64,000 nt of DNA, taken from Schmidtea nova (Eukaryota). Below are positions 55,109 through 64,000 of this stretch, piece by piece (position 1 is the stretch's first letter; each line of letters starts with the position of its first letter). Where the stretch lies: positions 322,958,001 through 323,022,000 of the forward strand of contig CM097883.1 of assembly GCA_044892505.1 (NCBI GenBank), in the 5' to 3' direction. The position numbers were made by a program, and so were the translations under genes. The notes below the pieces were generated by a model that made no database searches, had not been told where the DNA came from, and saw nothing but the letters and a program-made list of their open reading frames with translations.

Positions 55109-58100
55109 CACCAGGTTTCACTGGATATGGCGACCTATAATAATCAAATAGCTTATATTATAGAAAAATACACACCTACCTGTACCTAATTCATTGCTGT
55201 TTTACTGAAAATGGCGATTTATTATGTCGTAGACAAAGAGTAAGAAAAAAAAATAATTACACACAAACACAAAACATAGAAAAAACAGATGGTAACTTTC
55301 ATGGGTGTGTTTTGTTTTATTCAATATGGCTACCATATATAATTTTAATCAACAGAAAATTGAAAATTAAAATGGAAAATAAAATTTCAATAATTGGATC
55401 TGATGAATCTACATTGAGTTTCCGCGAAAATGATGAAATATCATAGTAAGTGTTATAATTTAAGTATTAAAAAATTTATATTTTCCCAGTTTTTCAGACA
55501 ATTCACTGGAAACAATACCATTTCGTGAAAAAGATGAAATATCATCGTAAGTAATGTAAATTGTTATAAAATTTTTATACTTTCCCAGAATTTTAGAAAG
55601 TTCACTGGAAAAAATGGCATTTCGTGAAGATGAATTAGGAAAATGGTATCACCTTTTTATTTATTAAAATATTTATTATGGTCTTAGCCTTTCAGATATT
55701 CCAGGGACACCGTAAAACTGCATTTCATTCGATATCCGAAAAAATGTTCGAAAATCGTAAGATGAAATAATAAATATTTAAAAAGTTATTTGATTTTTAT
55801 AGGATTTCAGATATCGACAAAGCCAGAATCATAAACACAAAGGAAAATAAACAATATTACTTCCATTTGGGAAGCTTACTTGGCCACCATATAGCCCTTT
55901 CCTCAACCCAATCAAAAGTTAATTTAGCAAAATCAAATGCAGTTTAAGGAAGACAATACACAAGATCAAATGGCTTCTCCACTATGTCTTTCCAAGACAG
56001 ATTTTGTTTGGTGAAAACTACTCTTGAAGACGAATTAAATAAAGATGAATATAAAGATTTGGAAAACTTTTCCTTACATGTTCGCCGATTTTTTTCTAAA
56101 TGTTTTCGAAAAATTGAAATATTTGGAGATTAATGTATTTATCAAATAAATATTAGTTAGAATTGAATTTTTACTTACTTTTGATGTTAATAATTCCATA
56201 ATATCATAAACATTTTCTACTAATTATTTAAAAAATAAATAAAAATAAAATTGATGAATAAAGATAACCTTTTAAAGCTTTTATAGTGATCTCATATCAT
56301 TATGAGATGAAAATAAAAGACTTAAAAGTTATCCTAATTACAAAAATTACGTGAAAGCCATTTTAAAATGGCTAATTCCAACAAGTTTTAAAAATTGAGT
56401 AATAATAACTCGTGATGTATATCACTCACCTGTATTATAGGTCGCCATATCCAGTGAAACACGGTGTACAACCCACACCCAATATCCCCTACAAATTGCG
56501 CGCTCTCGCGGCCGCGCAGCTGCTGAAATTCATACGCGCACTAGCTGCAAGCCTCCGCGCACTAGCTGCAAGCCTCCGCGCAGTTTCCACAGTCAGCAGA
56601 CCAGGTAAGTATGCTACACCGTGTTTCATTGGATATGGCGACCTATACACCCGGTTTCAAGCATTAAAAATAACTATGATACAAGTAGGTGTGCACACCT
56701 ACTTGTTATTCATAGTTACTTTGTTTAATGCTTTACATTTATTTTTCATTTCATTTATTTTTCAATTAGCCATTTTTTAAAAATGGCTATCAGGTAATTT
56801 TATTTATTTAGATATCTTTTAAGGATTCTATTTTGATCTTACAATGATATAAGATCACTATAGAAACTTTGAAAGTTTATCTATATTCTTCATTATTATT
56901 TTTATTTTATATTCATTAGTTTTTTAGAAAAATATGATTTTTTATGAATTTTTTTGGAAGTATTTTATTTAAACGTAAGTAAAATTATTTTTTAATAAAA
57001 GTTTATTATGAAATTAATCGTTATCTGAATATTTCTATTTAATATGTTGTTCTACACTTACATTTATTAAATTTTTAAATACTTTTTAGGAAATCATGAT
57101 TTTTTAAACATTTTTTGGGAATTATTTTCATTTAACGTAAGTTAAAAAATCATTTTTTAATAAGAATTATTATAATTATTTCTAATTTTGAAATATTTTT
57201 TGGATATTCCAAGAAATAATTTAATTAAGCTTAATTTTTTATTTAAAGAATTGGCAAAGTGTATTATCCTGTATTATCTTAGGCTTCAATATGATCTAAA
57301 TTGAAGTGTAAATATGTTACTTTGTCTATAATTTTAAAATAATTAGACTGAATTATTTTTTTTGGCTACTGAAAACAAAAAATTTTGCAAATAATTTTTG
57401 TAAATATATGAAATTTTATATTAAAATAAAACTTACGATGTTATCTATCCATTTTCTGGACAACTACCCTAGAAAATATTCCAAATATTTACCCAAAAAC
57501 CATATTTTAAAAATAAATAACTTTATTATAGGATTTTTAATAGCGAAATAAATAACACCCTTAAAAGTTTGCATGCAATTTTCATTTGTTTTGTGTTTGT
57601 GTGTATAATTTATTTTTTCTTACAGAATGTCTATCACATATTAAAATTTTTTAACCATGAAATGTCAAAATGCAACACCTACGTAAGTTTTCATTTGCTA
57701 TTGGTTATTTTTAATTTATATTATAGAAATTTTTAATGCTTGAAACCAGGTGTAATACAGGTGAGTGATATACATCACGAGTTATTATTACTCATTTTTT
57801 AAAAGTTGTTGGAATTAGCCATTTTAAAATGGCTTTCAGGTAATTCTTGTATTTAGGATAACTTTTAAGTCTTTTATTTTGATCTCATAATGATATGAGA
57901 TCACTATAAAAGCTTTAAAAGGTTATCTTTATTCATCAATTTTATTTTTATTTAATTTTTAAATAATTAGTAGAAAATGTTTATGATATTATGGAATTAT
58001 TAACATCAAAGGTAAGTAAAAATTCAATTCTAACTAATATTTATTTGATAAACACATTAATCTCCAAATATTTCAATTTTTCGAAAACATTTAGAAAAAA

Positions 58101-59077
58101 TCAGCGAACATGTAAGAAAAAGCTTTCCAAATCTTTATATTCAAGGGCTGTTTTCGCCAAACAAAATCTGTCTTGAAAAGACATTGTGGAGAAGCCATTT
58201 GATCTTGATGTTGTCTTCCTTAAACTGCATTTGATTTTGCTAGGTGGCCATATTTTTCATATTTATAAATTATTTTTCTTAAAGAATTTTTTGATAGGCC
58301 AAGTAAGCTTCCCAAATGGAAGTAATATTGTTTATTTTCCTTTGCGCTTATGATTCTGGCTTTGTCGATATCTGAAATCCTATAAAAATCAAATAACTTT
58401 TTAAATATTTATTATTTCATCTTACGATTTGCGAACATTTTTTAGGGTATCGGACGAAATGCAGTTGTACGATGTACCTGGAATATCTGGAAGGCTAAGA
58501 CCATAATAAATATTTTAATAAATAAAAAGGTGATACCATTTTCCTAATTCATCTTCACGAAATGCCATTGTTTTCAGTGAATTTTCTGAAATTCTGGGAA
58601 AGTATAAAAATTTTATGACTTAATTTACATTACTTACGATGATATTTCATCTTTTTCACGAAATGGTATTGTTTCCAGTGAATTGTCTGAAAAACTGGGA
58701 AAATATAAATTTTTCAATACTTAAATTATAACACTTACGATGATATTTCATCATTTTTGCGGAAACTCAATGTAGATTCATCAGATCCAATTATCGAAAT
58801 TTTATTTTCCATTTTAATTTTCAATTTTTCTGTTGATAAAAATTATATATGGTAGCCATATTGAATAAAACAAAACACACCCATAAAAGTTACCATCTGT
58901 TTTTTTCTATGTTTTGTGTTTGTGTGTAATTATTTTTTTTTCTTACTCTTTGTCTACGACATAATAAATCGCCATTTTCAGTAAAACAGCAATGAATTAG
59001 GTACAGGTAGGTGTGTATTTTTCTATAATATAAGCTATTTGATTATTATAGGTCGCCATATCCAGTGAAACCTGGTG
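55109..59077. mobile_element. Two inverted copies of a ~1.35-kb TA-flanked non-autonomous TIR element; the right copy holds a nested related element
   Basis: TIR CACCAGGTTTCACTGGATATGGCGACCTATA at 55109, with inverse copies ending 56466 and 59077. Left arm 55109-56437 is mirrored at ~57753-59077. Nested TIR pair at ~56648 and ~57752. Confidence 0.75.
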
Positions 59078-59619
59078 TATAGAAATTGACGTGACTCTTG
59101 GTTGCAGTGACTTTACCTGATGCTCGTAGTTTGGTCGAATCGAGCAAGGCTACAAGTCATAGCCCGTGTGATTTACTGACTAACCACTATTAACCGCTGT
59201 TGGGTGTACTATTTGGAGGTTGTGTGGCCCTAGACGGCCTAGTCAATGCTCTAAAGTTTCATAAAGTCGTGGCCGAATTTATTTAAAATACAAATAAACG
59301 TTAATTGATTTATTATATCGTTATATTAAAAAGTTTAAATCTATTTTTATTTTAAAATCACACTATCCGTCTTATAATGACAAAAAAGCAAGTGGAAGCG
59401 AATCATGATCTTCAAAAAAGAAAACTTGTTCAAGATTCAAGGAAAAGTGGCTTACCGAAACGGTCGAAACTGGTATGTTGTTATTATAATCTTTAAATTT
59501 TTAATCAATTTTTTTTTGTATTTTTTAATTCCTATAGTAATTTAGCTTATTACTATAGGAATTGATTTTTATTTGAATTAATTTTTTTAATTCACCTAAC
59601 TTTAAATTTTAATTATAAT

Positions 59620-59770
59620 AATAACAAATTGCACACACCAACAAAAAGGGGGGGTCCACGGTGACCGCAAAGGCACCGTCCATACCAATGACGGCGATTA
59701 CCATATAATAAACAAATGACAACATAAAAATAACAATAAAATAGGACATCTACATAACTTCCCCCTTTAA
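59620..59770 (-). promoter_or_regulatory. PPT (AAAGGGGGAAG) and start of the 3' LTR (TGTAGATG at 59754) of the minus-strand Gypsy element
   Basis: Purine tract directly before a TG start; the far end of the LTR could not be resolved. Confidence 0.55.
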
Positions 59771-59869
59771 AACCGGAGGTTAACATTTGGACGAAAAACA
59801 GGAAAACCACATTCACGGAATCACACCGAATTTACATTTTTATAATAACAGTAACATAAAACTCTTTTT

Positions 59870-59935
59870 TGTTTTGTTTTGTTTTGTTTTGTTTTGTTTT
59901 GTTTTGTTTTGTTTTTGTTATGTTTTGTTTGTTTG
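59870..59935. repeat. (GTTTT)n microsatellite
   Basis: Direct observation. Confidence 0.9.
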
Positions 59936-60042
59936 GTTAAATTTAACACCATAATTTACATATCTACATAGAAAAATAAAATAAATCTGTACAAATGACT
60001 ATGTTGTGCTTGTGTTTTGATTGTGTATGTTTGTGTATTTTT

Positions 60043-63000
60043 TTATTTGAGGCAATCGCTATAGCGTTTTTTGTAAAGGGGTGTGATTATGGCGTCCTTG
60101 TCGAATAGTTTTATAGAGTTTTTGTAGTTGAATGTGATGTGTTTGTGTTTCGGTTGAGTTTTTAGTTCTGCCGGGGCTTTTTCTTTTGTGGGGTTGTTTA
60201 ATGTGTTTCGGTTGTTGTGGTACGGTTTTATTCGTCTTAGATTAACTCTTGTTTTGATGTTGTCTTTTATTATTGTTGCTACGTTTTTGTTAACCTCGAG
60301 CAGTTTGAATGGGCCTTCGTATTTTGGTTCGAAACCGTTGGTGAAGGGCTTTTTGATTAAAACGTAGTCTGTCGTTAGAACTACTTTTCCGTCCATTTCA
60401 GAGTTTTCTCTTTTTTTTAAGATTCCCTTTAGTTTGTTTTCCATTGATTTGTTTATTTCGGTTTCTTTTCTGCTTTGACTGTCAGTTTTCAGTGATGGTA
60501 AATTTGTTGATTTACCAAATACCTTGTGTGCGGGACTTTCATTGTCAGTTGAATTAGGACAATTTCTCAATCCTATTAGTATTGTGGGTAGTTGTTTTAA
60601 CCAATTCTGATCGTTGGCTTTGGTTCTAATGCTTTCTTTCAGCGTTCGGTGAAACCTTTCTATCTTTCCATTTGATTGTGGATTGTATGCTGTTGTTCGG
60701 TTTCTTTTAATGTTGTATTTGTTGCAAAGAACCTTGAACATTTCCGATTCGAATTGTCTGCCTTGATCCGTTATAATTGTTTTTGGTTGGCCGTAGCGAG
60801 CTATCCAGTTTAATTCTATCATTTCGCAAATATTTTTGGCTGTGATTTCCTTTAAGGGTATTACTTCGAACCAATTAGTTTTTCTGTCTATAATTGTCAG
60901 TAAATATTTGTTGTCGTTATTTGGTGGAAGTGGTCCTACAATGTCCGTGTGAATTGTTTCAAAAGCTTGGCTGCTTGGAAAATTCACTTTTTGAGTTTTG
61001 AGTTTTTTTGAGGTTTTGTTTAGTTGACAATTTAGACAACTTTTTACGAAATTCTTTATATCGGTTCTCATTTTGGGCCATACATAATTGTTATGTATTA
61101 GTTCGTATGTAGTTTTGTTTCCCGGGTGATTTATTGTATGTATCTTTTCAATGCATCCTTTTCGGAATTCTTCTGGGAGTAATATTCGTTTGTTGGTTTC
61201 ATTTGATACGTCGTACCATATTCCGTCGTGTTCCTGAAGTTTCAGGCTATGTTTTGTAGAAAGTTTCCTTATTGTTTCGGGTTGCTTAGGTTTAATTTGT
61301 TCTATTTCTATTATTTCCCCGAATTCTAAGGAGTTTATGTCGCTTTCTATTCTAGATAGTGCATCTGCTGCGACGTTAGATTTTCCAGCTACATAATTTA
61401 TCGTGCAATTGAATTGGGAAATAAAATTCAATTGTCGGATTTGTCTTGGCGATGGATTCTTCATCGCGATTGCATTTATTAAGGGTTTGTGGTCCGTATA
61501 TATTTTAAAAGTTTGTCCTTCTAACAAGTGTTGGAAATGTTTGATTGCATCATGTATTGCTAGGAGTTCTCTGTCAAAAGTCGAATATCTGATTTGATGT
61601 GACTTTAGTTTTTTTGAGAAGAATCCTATTGGTTGTCTTCCAAATTGATTGTCCTGATAAATTGTTGCGCCCATTGCGAATCCTGAGCAATCTGTTGTTA
61701 GTTGGTATTCCAAATTTGGGTCTGGATATCCAAGTAATGTTGCTTGTGATAGGCTTTCTTTAGCTTTTTCGAATCCTTCGGTTGTCTGTTGGGTCCAAAT
61801 TATTTTGACATCTCGTTTTGTTTTTATTATGTCATTTAGTGGAGCCAATAATTTGCTACAATTTGGAATATAAGAGTGGTAAAAGTTTACCATTCCCAGG
61901 AATCTTCGCAATTCCCTAGTGGTCATAGGCAGTTTGTAATTTTTAATGTTGCTTATTTTGTTTCCGATTGGTTGTGTTCCTTTTTCATTTAGGGTATGTC
62001 CAAGGAAGTTTATTTCGGGTTTCATGAATTCACACTTTTGTGCGTTGATTTTTAGTTTTGCCTTTTTTAGTGTCTCGAAAACGTTTTTTATGTCGTTTAA
62101 GTGTGTTTCCTTGTCTGGGCTGGTTATTAATATATCATCCAGGTAGGCGATTGTGTTTTTGTTGCTTTTCATTGTTTGATCCATGAATCGCTGGAAAGTT
62201 GCTGCTGCATTTCGTAGACCGAAAGGCATTCGATTGTATTCAAACATTCCAACCGGTGTTGTTATTGCAGTCTTTTTTATGTCTTCTTTCCTTATTGGGA
62301 TCTGATGGTATGCTTTTTGCAGATCTATTTTTGAAAAGTATTTTGCGCCCTTTATTCGATTAATTATGTCTTTTATAATTGGTAATGGGTAGCTGTCTGG
62401 TTCTGTTATTTTGTTTAGTAGTCTGTAATCGCCACAGGCTCTCCATTCACCGTTTGCTTTTTGTTTCAGCATCAATGCTGAAGACCATTCTGAGTTAGAA
62501 TGTTTCACAATATTATTTTCTAACAGTTCGCTGAAAATGTTTTTTGTGATTTCTATCTTTTTGGGATCTAGTGGTCTTACTTTTGCGTGTACTGGATTGC
62601 CGTTTGTGATTATGGCGTGTTCGGTTGTTTTTTCAGAGTCGTCGTTGAATTGGACGGGTTCCGTTAATTCTTTGAATCGTTCTAGAATTTTGTCGATTTC
62701 CGGTATGTTTTTAATCGGGTTTGTTTTGTTTTTTATGTTTGTTGTAACTACTCCAATGTCTATCTTTGGACTTGGTCCACTGCTCGTGTTGCGTTGTGGA
62801 GTTGCAGCATTAGTATTTTCTATTACTTGCTTGTTTTTGCAATCTACTAGAAGGTTGTAATTTGTTAAGAAATCTGCTCCTATTATTGCTTGTTGAACTT
62901 CGGCTATCGTGAATGTCCACTTGTAAGTTTTGTTGTTTATTGTTAGGTTTATATCCTGTTCACCAAACGTATTTATGTTGGATCCATTGGCTGCGGTAAG

Positions 63001-64000
63001 TAGTTTGTTCTGATTTTTTGTATTTTTGTATAAAATATGTGGTAGTAGCGATATCTCTGAACCTGTGTCCACTAGGAATTCTATTTTATTTGAACTTATT
63101 GAAAAAGTTGTATGTTTATTGTCGAATGTAGGTGCTACTACTGGTAATGTTTTCCGTTTATCTGTATTTGTTTCGCCAAATGTAGGAGCAACTGATGGCA
63201 AACTTTTCAATTTTTCTGTGTTTTTTTCGTTGTATCTACATGGTTTTGTGCATCTGAATGCTTTTTCTCCAAATTTGCAATGGAAGTAACACCATTCTTG
63301 GTTTGATAATCTAATTTCTGGTTTCCAGAATTTTTGTCTATTTCCAGATCCTTTATTTTTATTGTTGTAAAAATTTTGGTGTTGGTTTCCTGAGTTTGTT
63401 TTTGGCCTATTGAGCATGTACGATATTTGATTTGGACAGTAGTTTTGTTTTAGATTTTTTTCTTTAATTTCTTTTAGTTCTGATTTGAACCTTTTATTTT
63501 CAGTTGCAATTTTGTCAAGTTGACTTATCAAGTTATTTAGGATTTTATTTGTTTCGTTAAATTCTGTTTTTTCGTCTTCATTCTCATCTTGTTCATGGTT
63601 CAGTGTTTTGTTTTTGTAGTCATGAGTACTATTAATACTGGGGTAATCTCCTGCCTTTATTTTATCGACCATGTTTGTCCACCTTTTATTTTCGGTTTCA
63701 TTGTTTTTAGTTGCTAATGTTTGGCATGATCTCCGTTCATTTACATCAATGTTTGCTAATATTGTTTGGTCGTACTCAAAATTCTGTTTTAGTGGACTTG
63801 AAAGATTATTTTGGGTATTATCCTTTTGCCTGTTGTTTGTGAAAGGTTCCTGTATTTCTTTTTTGTTTGATTCGTCCCTATTTGCTTATATGCTGCACAG
63901 TTTTTTGAATGGGTTATTGCAATTGAAAATTGTGTCTATTTGATCCGCAATTGATTTGTGTATATTGCTTGGGAGTGCTGTGAATATTTGTGAGCATATT
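60043..64000 (-). CDS. pol: Gag-Pol of a CsRn1-clade Ty3/Gypsy element (5' end beyond the window)
   Basis: CHCC Gag motif C-x2-H-x9-C-x3-C (CYFHCKFGEKAFRCTKPC), LVDTGS protease, YLDD RT, TTDCSG RNase H, HPG..CLNC, DIVGP, TDQGRQF, GKIERFH and YEGPF. The same frame continues to the window edge with one TAA at 63886-63888. Confidence 0.95.

Overview
AT-rich animal genomic DNA with several N-gaps, made almost entirely of transposable elements and with no intact host gene seen. The host is probably a flatworm such as a planarian, but that is inference from composition and element types. The main feature is a young, structurally complete 28.46-kb Ty3/Gypsy LTR retrotransposon (1574-30033). It has 3.3-kb LTRs, an AAAT target-site duplication (TSD) and a tRNA-Pro-type primer binding site (PBS). 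It is organised like a complex enveloped retrovirus. Besides Gag (3 CCHC knuckles), PR, RT, RNase H and IN, it encodes a chuvirus/gB-type (class III) fusion glycoprotein placed BETWEEN gag and pol. It also carries a set of cell-death/TNF-NF-kB-related modules: a full-length TRAF, an IAP-type RING, a Bcl-2-like domain, 2-3 ubiquitin-like domains, two ankyrin clusters and an FN3-repeat membrane protein fused behind integrase. Two further ORFs lie inside the LTR itself. The gag/ORF2/PR/pol frames could join into one ~5,000-aa polyprotein across two A6 (+1) junctions and one TGA. The small ORFs have their own splice-acceptor-like sites, several have their own poly(A)-like signals, and the leader holds hairpin arrays with compensatory base changes. 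The element sits inside a decayed Polinton/Maverick protein-primed DNA polymerase gene, which is also interrupted by a 1.57-kb ankyrin-gene insert (7-bp direct repeat) and a hAT transposon (8-bp TSD). The rest of the window holds mariner, hAT and piggyBac fossils, MITEs and foldbacks, a SET/NAP pseudogene and a CsRn1-clade Gypsy element on the minus strand. All domain calls come from motif recognition by eye; no searches were run.
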